From the NCBI GenBank assembly GCA_040753435.1, contig JBFMEN010000003.1, positions 10,916 to 74,915 of the forward strand: a DNA stretch of 64,000 nt, read 5' to 3'. A program made the translations under genes and the position numbers. Below, in pieces: positions 8,407-17,553 of this stretch (within the stretch, counting starts at the first letter, position 1; the number at the start of each line of letters is the position of its first letter). Source of the stretch: Candidatus Omnitrophota bacterium. Its GTDB lineage: Bacteria > Omnitrophota > Gorgyraeia > Zapsychrales > JANLHA01. Under the pieces are notes generated by a model. The model ran no database searches and was not told the origin of the DNA. It was given only the letters and a program-made list of their open reading frames with translations.

Positions 8407-9690
8407 ATGTATCGGAAAATTATATCTATGATGATTTCAATCTGTCTTTTGTGTTCTCATGGACCGCTTGCATTTGCCAGTTATGCCGTTGTTCTCACCG
8501 ATTATGAATTGGATCAGATTTATGCCCAGGGAGTGGATGTCAGTCCCGGCGATGTTTTAAGTTCAGCGACAGTTGAGACTGCTGCTCTTGAATCAAATCC
8601 TTTTACGGAAAGTGAAAACAATAGCGTAACGTCGGTTCCTGTGACACCGGATAATCCTGTTGGACCGGCAACCCCGGTCCTGCCGGATGGTCCGACCGGC
8701 CCGGTGTTACCTGATGGGCCTTTTCCACCGGAAAGTCCTGTGTTACCAGATGGACCGGTTTTACCGGGTGGCCCTTTTGGTCCGACATCGCCGAATGGTC
8801 CGGTAGTGCCTGACAGTCCGGCGCTTCCGGACGGTCCGTTTGCACCGGGAAGCCCTGTGTTGCCGGACAGTCCTTTTGGTCCGACATCGCCGAATGGTCC
8901 GGTAGTGCCTGACAGTCCGGCGCTTCCGGACAGTCCGTTTGCACCGGGAAGTCCTGTGTTGCCGGACAGTCCTTTTGGTCCGACATCGCCGAATGGTCCG
9001 GTAGTGCCTGACAGTCCGGCGCTTCCGGACAGTCCGTTTGCACCGGGAAGTCCTGTGTTGCCGGACAGTCCTTTTGGTCCGACATCGCCGAATGGTCCGG
9101 TAGTGCCTGGCAGTCCGACGCTTCCGGACGGTCCGTTTGCACCGGGAAGTCCTAACGGGCCGATCAATCCGGTATTACCAACAGGACCTGTTAGTCCCGA
9201 ATTGCCAAATGGACCGTTTGCTCCGAACAGCCCGACTCTGCCAAATGCGCCGGGGAGTGTAACAGCGCCTCAAGCGCCAGCAGCTCCCGGGGAAGTGGCA
9301 TTAGCGGATCCTGTTGCATTAACTCCGGTCGTTCCTTCGGCACCGGGAACGCCGTCTGCTCCAAACGTCCCGGCGGCTCCAAATCCACCTATTCAGCTTG
9401 ATGTTGTCGCGGGGGGAAATGGCGGCGGTTTTCAGGTGGCGTTAAACAACAGCAGCGGTCAGTCTTTGCTGCCGGAATCTTTTACATCAAATGCGCTGGG
9501 AGCGATCAACTCAGTAGATTTGAGCGGGGCGGCCCAGCAGAATCTTTCCGCCATGGTCAATGTGAATGCGGCGGGAAGCGTTGTTCCGGTGATGATCAAT
9601 CTTACGGTATTGATGAATTCCACAGTTGAGAATCTGAGCAATTTCAATGATTTGAATTTGGCAAATTACTCGACCCTGAGAGTCCAGTGA
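8407..9690 (+). CDS. Secreted proline-rich (collagen-like PDSP/PDGP) repeat protein, paralogous at its N- and C-termini to the 5426..8347 product (FapB/C-like candidate)
   Basis: 427 aa with a signal peptide (..CSHGPLAFA). It has an N-terminal VVLTDYELDQIYAQG motif, then four 33-aa repeats (PDSPFGPTSPNGPVVPDSPALPDSPFAPGSPVL). Its C-terminal LSGAAQQNLSAMVNVNAAGSVVPVMINLTV aligns with LSGGAQSEMNVMSNVNAVSSAIAVQTNV of the upstream protein. Confidence 0.7.
   Translation: MYRKIISMMISICLLCSHGPLAFASYAVVLTDYELDQIYAQGVDVSPGDVLSSATVETAALESNPFTESENNSVTSVPVTPDNPVGPATPVLPDGPTGPVLPDGPFPPESPVLPDGPVLPGGPFGPTSPNGPVVPDSPALPDGPFAPGSPVLPDSPFGPTSPNGPVVPDSPALPDSPFAPGSPVLPDSPFGPTSPNGPVVPDSPALPDSPFAPGSPVLPDSPFGPTSPNGPVVPGSPTLPDGPFAPGSPNGPINPVLPTGPVSPELPNGPFAPNSPTLPNAPGSVTAPQAPAAPGEVALADPVALTPVVPSAPGTPSAPNVPAAPNPPIQLDVVAGGNGGGFQVALNNSSGQSLLPESFTSNALGAINSVDLSGAAQQNLSAMVNVNAAGSVVPVMINLTVLMNSTVENLSNFNDLNLANYSTLRVQ
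8750..9150 (+). repeat. 99-bp in-frame tandem repeat, about 4 copies (33-aa Pro-rich unit)
   Basis: The unit ccggacagtccttttggtccgacatcgccgaatggtccggtagtgcctgacagtccggcgcttccggacagtccgtttgcaccgggaagtcctgtgttg is repeated nearly exactly. Confidence 0.85.
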
Positions 9691-9714
9691 TAGTGAAAGG
9701 CCGGTTCGACAGCA

Positions 9715-10431
9715 ATGTCTGAGAAAAGTTGCAGAAAAACAATAAGGATTGACGTTTTAGTTCTTGTGGCCTTGGCGTTGGTCAGCATGTGTTTGTCCGA
9801 TGCCAGGGCCGCAAGTTTTTCGGTCGGCGGCGTCCGTCTTTATAAAAATGTGAAACCTCTGCGGGAAATCAAGCGGAGCAATCTAACTCCTCAGAGTCTG
9901 GATTTCAGCTGCGGGCCTGCCGGTCTTGCGACGCTGTTTCACTATTATTTAAGCGATCCCGTGTCTGAAGCAGAGATTATTACGGCGTTATTACAGACGA
10001 CGTCTTTGGAAAAGGTCAGGGCCCGTGGAGGATTTTCATTATTGGATTTAAAATCGTTTGCCGAACGGCGTGGGTACGTAGCAACAGGTTTTCAAATGGA
10101 TATCAGCGCCCTTCGCCAGTTGGGTAAACCGGTTCTGGTGCCGATTAAGTTTAAAAATTACCGGCACTTTGTCGTTGTTAAAGATGTGGTGAATGACCGT
10201 GTTTTTATTGCCGATCCTGCTTCGGGAAACATGTCATTGAAGACACATCAGTTTGAACGGATATGGTTACATGGAATTGTGCTGTTAATAGAACCATCAG
10301 GAGGCGGGATCCAGAAAAATAACGATTTAGAATTAAAGGAATCCGATCTTATTTTCGCAGATTATTCCCGATGGAGCGCAATCGTAAGGCCAAGTTTAAT
10401 TCGAACCGCAATTTACCCGACGGAGTATTAA
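9715..10431 (+). CDS. Secreted C39-like cysteine peptidase domain protein (FapD-like)
   Basis: 238 aa with a signal peptide (..CLSDARA). QSLDFSCGPAGLATLFHYY matches the Q..x..CG.A.L catalytic-Cys region of peptidase C39 (bacteriocin-processing, double-glycine peptidase) domains. Its size and periplasmic localisation resemble FapD. Confidence 0.7.
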   Translation: MSEKSCRKTIRIDVLVLVALALVSMCLSDARAASFSVGGVRLYKNVKPLREIKRSNLTPQSLDFSCGPAGLATLFHYYLSDPVSEAEIITALLQTTSLEKVRARGGFSLLDLKSFAERRGYVATGFQMDISALRQLGKPVLVPIKFKNYRHFVVVKDVVNDRVFIADPASGNMSLKTHQFERIWLHGIVLLIEPSGGGIQKNNDLELKESDLIFADYSRWSAIVRPSLIRTAIYPTEY

Positions 10432-11699
10432 TGGAATACTTGCAATATGGAAAAAGGGTGGCATGGGGCCTTGCCTTCACCGCCGCCGTTATGCTGGTAC
10501 ATGGAATTTTAAGTGAGGTAAGAAAAAGGAATGTTGAAGAATCAGTTTTGCGTGAAGAAGTCCGCCTTGAGGTGATTTCAGAGTTTGAGCAGAGGATGCA
10601 GGACATGATCCGTCTGCAGGTGGAAGAAAAAGTTGCGGCAATAAAATTGGTGAATGGCGGCAGGCTTCTCTCAGACTATGAGTTGAAAGAAAGCATTGCC
10701 GGAAATCCGGTTGAGTCACCAATAAACGCGGTTGCCCATTCCGGCGATTCCGCCGTTGTCGATCTTGTCATTAAAAGAGACGATGTTTCAGGGACAGATC
10801 AGAATGGTGAGGCGGAAGGTTTGGCAACGGAGCCGGTCACTGATAGCGAAATCGTCGAATCCATCGAGAAAACTTTGGTGCAACGGGGGAGTATCCTGCT
10901 TCCAAAAGGGACTTTACAGATGGAGCCGAGCCTTGTTTATGCCCATTTTTCCTCTAACCGGATCAATATCCAGGGGTTCAGCATTCTTCCAGTTCTCGTC
11001 ATAGGGGATATTTCAACGGAAACCGTGCGCAGGGATCTTTTTATTCAAACGCTTTCATTTAAATACGGGCTGATGCACAATTTTCAGACTGAACTTAAGA
11101 TTCCTGCGCGATATGAATACGATCGGATCACAGACACGGCCAGCGCTGAAAGCACGCGCAGTGACTTCGGGATCGGCGATGTGGAATTTGGTTTCAGCCG
11201 TCAGATCGGCTGGGAAAACGGAACCATTCCGGATCTTGTTTTTGCCATGGCCGTAAAAACTCCATCAGGAGAAGGCCCTTATAATCGTGACATCGGTTTG
11301 GGAACAGGGCACTGGGCTCTTCGCGGCAGCCTCATCGCGGCAAGGGCGAGTGATCCGGCAGTTATCTTCGGCAGCCTGAGTTATACCTGGAACATCGAAA
11401 GGGACATCGACAATTATGGAACAGTGGACCCCGGTGACTCCATCAGTTACAGCGTCGGGACCGCGATTGCGTTAAGTTATCAGACGGCGATCACATTTTC
11501 ATTCGATCAGAGCATCACCCTTCATATGGAAAGGAACGGGAGCAGCGTGTCGAATTCGTTTGTCAATGCCGCGAATTTAAGGACAGGGTTTAACTGGTCT
11601 TTGAGCGAGCGGTCTTCAGTCGATTTCGGAGTCAGTACGGGGGTCACCGAAGACGCTCCAGACGTGACTGTTGAAATACGTTTTCCCTATATTTTTTAA
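10431..11699 (+). CDS. Outer-membrane secretion channel candidate with an N-terminal coiled-coil and a C-terminal beta-barrel ending in Phe (FapF-like, Phenol_MetA_deg-type barrel)
   Basis: Its ATG overlaps the upstream stop (TAATG), indicating translational coupling. It has an N-terminal hydrophobic segment, a heptad-rich stretch (VLREEVRLEVISEFEQRMQDMIRLQVEEKVAAIK) and then alternating-hydrophobic beta strands ending in the C-terminal motif RFPYIF. The ORF-track start at 10371 was trimmed to the coupled ATG. Confidence 0.65.
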   Translation: MEYLQYGKRVAWGLAFTAAVMLVHGILSEVRKRNVEESVLREEVRLEVISEFEQRMQDMIRLQVEEKVAAIKLVNGGRLLSDYELKESIAGNPVESPINAVAHSGDSAVVDLVIKRDDVSGTDQNGEAEGLATEPVTDSEIVESIEKTLVQRGSILLPKGTLQMEPSLVYAHFSSNRINIQGFSILPVLVIGDISTETVRRDLFIQTLSFKYGLMHNFQTELKIPARYEYDRITDTASAESTRSDFGIGDVEFGFSRQIGWENGTIPDLVFAMAVKTPSGEGPYNRDIGLGTGHWALRGSLIAARASDPAVIFGSLSYTWNIERDIDNYGTVDPGDSISYSVGTAIALSYQTAITFSFDQSITLHMERNGSSVSNSFVNAANLRTGFNWSLSERSSVDFGVSTGVTEDAPDVTVEIRFPYIF

Positions 11700-11795
11700 C
11701 AGAATGCTGTCTATTTTTTCGGGAAACAGCCGGTAGCAATGAGCCATTGATAATTTATGATAAAAAAGGATTGGTAAAATTAAAAAAAGGCGGAG

Positions 11796-12095
11796 ATGAT
11801 GAAAAGAAAGATATTGATAACGTTATTATTGTTGATTTTGGGACTGGGGTTGACCTACCTCGTTTCCATGGGAGTCCAGGCGGAAGATGCGTTGGGCCAA
11901 CAGAAGATTGAGGGAGAGATTGTGGAGATGGATGAGGAGGAGGGGGTCGTTGTGATCCAGGATATGCATCCACCCAATGATGAAAAACAATTATATGCGC
12001 ATCCGCAGAAGCTGGAATCGTTCGAGGAGGGAAACAGGGTACGCGCCTATTATCAGCCAAAAGACAGTGTGATCCGGGATATGAATATGTTTTAA
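11796..12095 (+). CDS. Small secreted acidic protein (hypothetical; possible accessory of the amyloid-like locus)
   Basis: 99 aa with a signal peptide (MMKRKILITLLLLILGLGLTYLVSMGVQA) and an upstream GGCGGAG RBS. An intrinsic terminator follows it. Confidence 0.5.
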   Translation: MMKRKILITLLLLILGLGLTYLVSMGVQAEDALGQQKIEGEIVEMDEEEGVVVIQDMHPPNDEKQLYAHPQKLESFEEGNRVRAYYQPKDSVIRDMNMF

Positions 12096-12124
12096 GTTTT
12101 TTTCAAAAATATTTATGAAAATGA

Positions 12125-12150
12125 GACAGGCACAAGCCTGTCTTTTTTTA
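12125..12150 (+). terminator. Rho-independent terminator ending the amyloid-like operon
   Basis: gacaggcacaagcctgtc hairpin followed by ttttttt. Confidence 0.6.
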
Positions 12151-12247
12151 TTATGCGGCAAGAAATTAACTGAGGGTAGAACTCCCATCTTAAACCCCGG
12201 ACATGAATTTATTAAGATAAAAAGCAATAGAGACAATAAAGGAGGTC

Positions 12248-13453
12248 ATGATGAAGGCAGTTGTTTTTGAAGATATCGGAAAAATTTCTTTTAAAGACGT
12301 TCCGGATCCGTCACTTCAGAGTCCGATGGATGCCCTTGTTAACATCACGGCAAGTTCGATTTGCGGCACCGACCTTCATATGGTGAGAGGAACATTGGGG
12401 GAAATGAAACCAGGGACCATCATGGGACATGAAGGCGTGGGGGTCATCGATGCCGTTGGTTCTGCTGTGCGGAATCTAAAAGAAGGAGAGCGGGTTATTA
12501 TCCCTTCCAGCATTGGATGCGGTTACTGCGCCTATTGCCGGGCGGGATATTTTTCTCAATGCGATAACGCAAACCCCAGCGGCAAACAGGCAGGAACGGC
12601 ATTCTTCGGAGGACCGAAAAGCAGCGGTTCTTTCGACGGACTCCAGGCGGAGAAGGTCCGGGTTCCTTTTGCTAATGTCGGGTTGGTCAAGATTCCGGAA
12701 TGGCTGACGGATGATCATGCATTGATGCTTTCGGATATTTTCCCGACTGGATTTTTCGGAGCCGAGATGGCTGAAATTACGGAAGGCGATGTGGTGGCGG
12801 TTTTGGGCTGCGGGCCCGTTGGCTTGTTCGCTATTGCCAGCGCATTTCATTTAGGGGCCGGAAGGGTTTTTGCGGTCGACAGAGTTCCTTACCGGCTTGA
12901 TCATGCGCGGAACATTGGCGCCGAAACGATTAATTTTGAAGAGGAAGATCCTGTCGCCGTAATTATGGGGCTGACCGGGGGCATCGGGGTGGATCGTTTG
13001 ATCGAGGCAGTCGGAATCGATGCGCAACATCCTCATCAAGGGTTTGCCCAGCCGTCGGAAGACGATCTGCATCGATTTGAGAAAGAAGTCGCTGAGGTGA
13101 CCCGGCATTCCAGGTTACCTGAAAAATGGGAAGTCGGAGATGCTCCTTCCCAGGCCCTGGATTGGGCGGTACAAATGCTTGATAAGGCGGGCACGCTTTC
13201 GATTATCGGAGTTTACCCTGAAACGGCCCAGACCTTTCCAATCGGAAAAGCGATGGGCAAGAACCTGACAATTAACATGGGGAATTGCAGTCATCGGAAA
13301 TATATCCCGATGCTGCTCGACCTAGTCGGGGAAAGTTATTTTGATTTCTCGAATATTTTGACAAAAACTGAACCGTTCTCCCGGGCCATGGATGCTTACC
13401 ACGCCTTTGATCACCATCGGGAGGGATGGATAAAAGTCAAACTCGAGACGTGA
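12248..13453 (+). CDS. Zinc-dependent alcohol dehydrogenase (MDR) family, formaldehyde-dehydrogenase-like
   Basis: GHEGVGVI catalytic-zinc motif, structural-zinc Cys cluster (CGYCAYCRAGYFSQC) and GCGPVGL Rossmann motif. 401 aa with a GGAGG RBS. Confidence 0.85.
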   Translation: MMKAVVFEDIGKISFKDVPDPSLQSPMDALVNITASSICGTDLHMVRGTLGEMKPGTIMGHEGVGVIDAVGSAVRNLKEGERVIIPSSIGCGYCAYCRAGYFSQCDNANPSGKQAGTAFFGGPKSSGSFDGLQAEKVRVPFANVGLVKIPEWLTDDHALMLSDIFPTGFFGAEMAEITEGDVVAVLGCGPVGLFAIASAFHLGAGRVFAVDRVPYRLDHARNIGAETINFEEEDPVAVIMGLTGGIGVDRLIEAVGIDAQHPHQGFAQPSEDDLHRFEKEVAEVTRHSRLPEKWEVGDAPSQALDWAVQMLDKAGTLSIIGVYPETAQTFPIGKAMGKNLTINMGNCSHRKYIPMLLDLVGESYFDFSNILTKTEPFSRAMDAYHAFDHHREGWIKVKLET

Positions 13454-13475
13454 CATCGGAACGACCGGAGGAGAA

Positions 13476-13934
13476 ATGATCAAAATATTGATTGTTACAG
13501 TTTCTCTTTTCTCTTTATTGAATTTGTATGTTTTTCCTGATATTAACGACAATCGGGAATGGTTTGAGTGTGACGACCGAACCATTCCCGCCGAGAAGAC
13601 CCGATTTGATTATTATGGAGTCGAGATCTACCGTTCACTATCCGATGATTTCTTATTTATTGTCGATGAGGATGATGGCAAGTCGGCGTGTATTCCAATC
13701 GGGGAAGATCAGGGGGCGCAGCGATGGATTCTGGCTGGATTTAAAAAGATCAAGGCGGGAAAGTTTACTTCCAGGAAGGTGATAGCTTTTGAGATTCAGA
13801 GATCCTGTGTCAGCAGATATTTTAACATTAAAAATGGAAAAGAGATCTTTGTGGATGAAACTGGAGATGGGCAGCTTTATGTTGACTATGAGCAGGAAAT
13901 TGAAGAAGAACCGTTTAAATATCCGTATGATTGA
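13476..13934 (+). CDS. Hypothetical secreted/exported protein
   Basis: 152 aa ORF with a hydrophobic N-terminus and an upstream GGAGG RBS. Confidence 0.45.
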   Translation: MIKILIVTVSLFSLLNLYVFPDINDNREWFECDDRTIPAEKTRFDYYGVEIYRSLSDDFLFIVDEDDGKSACIPIGEDQGAQRWILAGFKKIKAGKFTSRKVIAFEIQRSCVSRYFNIKNGKEIFVDETGDGQLYVDYEQEIEEEPFKYPYD

Positions 13935-14095
13935 GATTGGGGAATTCGAATAAGGAATCAGGCTCAGGTTTTCTTTGCAGTTCTTTTATCAGGCGGCTTT
14001 GCTTTACAAAAAACAAACGGGCCTGTTTTTTCTGATATTTCAACAGACCCGCCATTTTTTGTTTCAATTAAAAGTTCGTTAATTTTCGACTGTCT

Positions 14096-14776
14096 TTATC
14101 GATAGCGGAATACATTAAATACGCGTGACCACAAAGATAGTCCTGTCAGAAACAGGATGGAGCCGATCGCCAGCATCGAAATAAGTTGCAGGACGAGAGG
14201 CGCGATATTAATGACCGACATGATTCCCAGAGCGACAGCGGCAATTCCGATAAATATTTCCGCATCCGCCGAAGCTGTCACCGCCTGTTCAGCCACTCTC
14301 TTGATTTGAGGAGAGTGGACAGGGTTCATTAAATTCAGTGCGTTCAGCCTGAAATCTATCCCGCTTCCGAAAATCAGTCCGGCCCCGTATACAATCGCCG
14401 CAGATCCGATCATCATTTGGGGCGACATTCCTGCCATGGCGAGAATCCCCAGAGCGATGCCGGTAATCCCGGCGATGGTCTCAGAGGTTATCCCGGTATT
14501 GAGCTGGGATAAAGCCTTTTTGCTCATTTCAGGCTCTCCTGCGACCACGGATTCCATTTTCGACGCTACCGACGATCCTTTAATTAATAAGGCGGCCCCA
14601 ATCAAAATTGTAGATATCGACAGCATGATGACCGGATAAATATCCAATAGGCCCAGAATGGAAAGGATGACTGCCCCCATTCCGATTATGCTTTCAATGA
14701 TTGATCCGCTGCCGACTGCGATTAAAGCTCTTTCTTGCTCACTCATATGCACCTCCATGATTGATGATGAAAACAT
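14096..14776 (-). CDS. Gly/Ala/Ile-rich polytopic membrane protein (hypothetical)
   Basis: 226 aa with multiple predicted TM segments rich in small residues. It is convergent with the upstream + gene. The true start is possibly the internal M (MSEQERAL). Confidence 0.45.
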   Translation of the reverse strand: MFSSSIMEVHMSEQERALIAVGSGSIIESIIGMGAVILSILGLLDIYPVIMLSISTILIGAALLIKGSSVASKMESVVAGEPEMSKKALSQLNTGITSETIAGITGIALGILAMAGMSPQMMIGSAAIVYGAGLIFGSGIDFRLNALNLMNPVHSPQIKRVAEQAVTASADAEIFIGIAAVALGIMSVINIAPLVLQLISMLAIGSILFLTGLSLWSRVFNVFRYR

Positions 14777-15322
14777 TCAAGCTCTTCATATAATGTAAAG
14801 GTTTTTAATGGTAAGGCTATTGGAAGTTTCTGCCTTTTTTAGACTATTTTCATCATCGACGTGAAATATTGATGCGGGTAAAGGGAAAAATGTTGATAAA
14901 AAGGGGAAATTGGACCTTGTCTGACTAAGGGCGGAATATAGAATAAAATCAGAAAGCAAAAAAAGATATCCGTTAGACATGGTCGTGTATGAAATTAATC
15001 AACTGGAAGAAAACAACAAAGGAAAAAACCGGTTTGATACGGAAAAGCTTTTTACCGGTTTTTCCGTTATTTAATTTTATCGATATCTTTGAAGGCTTTC
15101 CTGACGATAATTTCGATATGCCCGGTAATGAATTTTTTTATCATAGCGTCAGGTTGACCGGCCTTAGCCGGAGTATCATTCCCATTGTAATCATTTTCAT
15201 CAATCTTGATTTCACCCATTTTAAAAACGAACGTTGTCTTTTTTGTGAAAGATAGCTGGTTGGCGTTCCGGCAGGAAAGAGGGCTGGTGTTTAATAATTT
15301 CGCGAATAAAATCTGGCAGTTC

Positions 15323-17542
15323 ATGATGAAACGGGTTGCACGCGCTCACGGGATTATTGATCCTGTCGCCTTTTCAGCCAAATTGAACAGATTCGGCCAG
15401 CCTTCGGAAGTGATCGTGCCTGTTGAACTGATCCGTATGTCTGCTGTTCTTCACGCAAGGGGGCTTGTGAACAGCAGGGCCATTCAGCACAATCTTGACT
15501 GGGTTTGGCCTTATTGGGTGGTGAAGCAGTTTGACCCTAAAAATATCTCCTTTATACCGAGGGCGTTTTCATTAACCCATATCAATTTAACTGAACGAAA
15601 CTGGACAGCCATAGGCCTTCCCGGTATCGATGAATTTCCCATTGTTGATCCGCGGGGACTTGTCACCCCATTCTTTGATAGTTGGTCGCTGGACGGATGG
15701 ATTGTGGGCGGGGGTCATGAACTTCTTCCATCTCGCTCAATGGATGCTGTCCAGCAGCTTGTAATGGACGGAAACATTTGTCTTAAAACCAAAACAGCGA
15801 ATACCTTTGGTTATCAGCTTGAGGTTGAGGCGCAGGTGATTTCCACGGAAGCAGGACCGGTCTGCCATGTGAGTTATAAAGCCAAAACTCCCCTGGAAGG
15901 AGCGTCTCTTGTCATTTCCGTCAGACCCTATAACCCTGAAGGGGTGAGCTTTATTAATTCAATCTCCATGACCCATGAAGGGAATGGATGGATCATTAAT
16001 AAAAAACATTCCGTCTTGTTCAGCGCCTTTGCCCATCGGCATGTTTTTTCAGATTATCCTTCCGGAGATGTTTACGAGCGTCTCGATAACAAGGAAAATT
16101 TAACGAATATCAAATGTGATGTTGGTATGGCGACGGCGGCGGCGGTATTTCCCCTGGAGCCGGAACAGATCTTCGAAATTTCAGTCGATGTTCCGTTATT
16201 AAAGAGAAAAGATTATCAGGATTCGAGCCGGAGGACGCCAATTCAACATTGGCATGAAAGTCTTAGGGACGCCGCGCGATTATCTTTATCCGACAAGCAT
16301 TTCGAATTTTTGTACAATGCTGCCGTCAGGACGCTGGTTTTAATGACCGGGGAGGATATTTATCCCGGACCATATACGTACAAACATTTCTGGTTTCGTG
16401 ACGCTGCCTTCATGTTATATGCGTTGACCATGATCGGGTTGACGAAACGGGGCCGATCGGCCGTCAATCTTTTTTTTCAACGTCAGAAATTAAACGGTTA
16501 TTTTCTGTCACAGGACGGCGAATGGGATTCCAACGGGCAGGTTTTATGGAGCATCCGGAAATTTTATGAAATGACCGGAGAAAGAGTCCCTGTTGAACGA
16601 CGCGAAAGGATCAAAAGGGGAGTCCGCTGGATCATGCACAAGCGTCTGGGAGAAAACATGACACCGCATTCAGGACTGATGCCGGCAGGTTTCAGTGCGG
16701 AGCACTTCGGACCGAATGATTATTATTACTGGGATGATTTCTGGTCCGTCGAAGGCTTGCGGTCGGGGGCATTTCTTTTAGAGCAGCTTGGTGAACGCTA
16801 TGTTGCCAGAAAATGTCTCAAAGAGGCGGAAGCCCTGTTAAAGGCGATTGAGAGGAGCCTGGAGAAAACTTCGCAGCGGTTAAAAACAAAAGCCATGCCA
16901 TCGTCGCCTTATCGCCGGTTGGACAGCGCCAGCGTTGGTCTTCTCGCGGCCTCATATCCTTTGAAATTATGGAAAGCGGATGATGAGCGCATCGACAAGA
17001 CGACCGAATTTTTGCTGGAGAACTGTTTCCTGAAAAATTCTTTTTTTCACGATATGAGTCATTCGGGAATAAATCCTTATTTGACGCTGCATGTGGCCGA
17101 GGTCCTCTTGCGTAAGGGCGACGGACGTTACTACGACCTTATGAAAGCGGTTGCAGATTCCGCCAGCCCGGCAGGTCAGTGGCCCGAGGCGATCCATCCA
17201 AATACCGGAGGAGGGTGCATGGGTGATGGGCAGCATGCGTGGGCATCGGCAGAATGGATTATGATGCTGCGCAACTGTTTTGTCCAGGAAGGAGCCGGAG
17301 ACATTCTGGTCCTTTGTCCCGGCGTTCATCCCGGCTGGTATTCCGATAACGAAGCTTCGTTCGGATGGTTATTTACCAGCCGCGGAAAGATTTATATCCG
17401 GGTCCGGAAGGACGGCGGAAAAGTGAAAATATCCTGGGAAGGCCGTTGGCATGATGATGTTCCGCCAAATATTATTGTCAAACTTCCGGGGTTGTCTCCT
17501 GTTCAGGTTCCTTATGGGGAAACTTCGGTTGAGGTAAGTTAA
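15323..17542 (+). CDS. (alpha/alpha)6-barrel glycoside hydrolase (amylo-alpha-1,6-glucosidase / GH15-GH63-like family)
   Basis: The HFWFRDAAFMLYAL motif and the acidic/aromatic-rich C-terminal half are typical of glucoamylase and debranching-type barrels. The start was trimmed from the ORF-track 15206 to the internal ATG (MMKRVARAHG). Family assignment is approximate. Confidence 0.55.
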   Translation: MMKRVARAHGIIDPVAFSAKLNRFGQPSEVIVPVELIRMSAVLHARGLVNSRAIQHNLDWVWPYWVVKQFDPKNISFIPRAFSLTHINLTERNWTAIGLPGIDEFPIVDPRGLVTPFFDSWSLDGWIVGGGHELLPSRSMDAVQQLVMDGNICLKTKTANTFGYQLEVEAQVISTEAGPVCHVSYKAKTPLEGASLVISVRPYNPEGVSFINSISMTHEGNGWIINKKHSVLFSAFAHRHVFSDYPSGDVYERLDNKENLTNIKCDVGMATAAAVFPLEPEQIFEISVDVPLLKRKDYQDSSRRTPIQHWHESLRDAARLSLSDKHFEFLYNAAVRTLVLMTGEDIYPGPYTYKHFWFRDAAFMLYALTMIGLTKRGRSAVNLFFQRQKLNGYFLSQDGEWDSNGQVLWSIRKFYEMTGERVPVERRERIKRGVRWIMHKRLGENMTPHSGLMPAGFSAEHFGPNDYYYWDDFWSVEGLRSGAFLLEQLGERYVARKCLKEAEALLKAIERSLEKTSQRLKTKAMPSSPYRRLDSASVGLLAASYPLKLWKADDERIDKTTEFLLENCFLKNSFFHDMSHSGINPYLTLHVAEVLLRKGDGRYYDLMKAVADSASPAGQWPEAIHPNTGGGCMGDGQHAWASAEWIMMLRNCFVQEGAGDILVLCPGVHPGWYSDNEASFGWLFTSRGKIYIRVRKDGGKVKISWEGRWHDDVPPNIIVKLPGLSPVQVPYGETSVEVS

Positions 17543-17553
17543 GGAGTCATCAG

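Noticed and set aside
6130-9150. Possibility that the tandem repeat arrays are CRISPR arrays
   Set aside because: The units are contiguous with no unique spacers and are in-frame within a long ORF encoding a coherent low-complexity protein. No cas genes are present.
8520-9167. Minus-strand Gly-rich collagen-like ORFs 8520..9167 and 8603..9142
   Set aside because: They are mirror images of the Pro-rich 99-bp repeats of the + strand gene (the reverse complement of CCN Pro codons gives NGG Gly codons). They have no independent start context.
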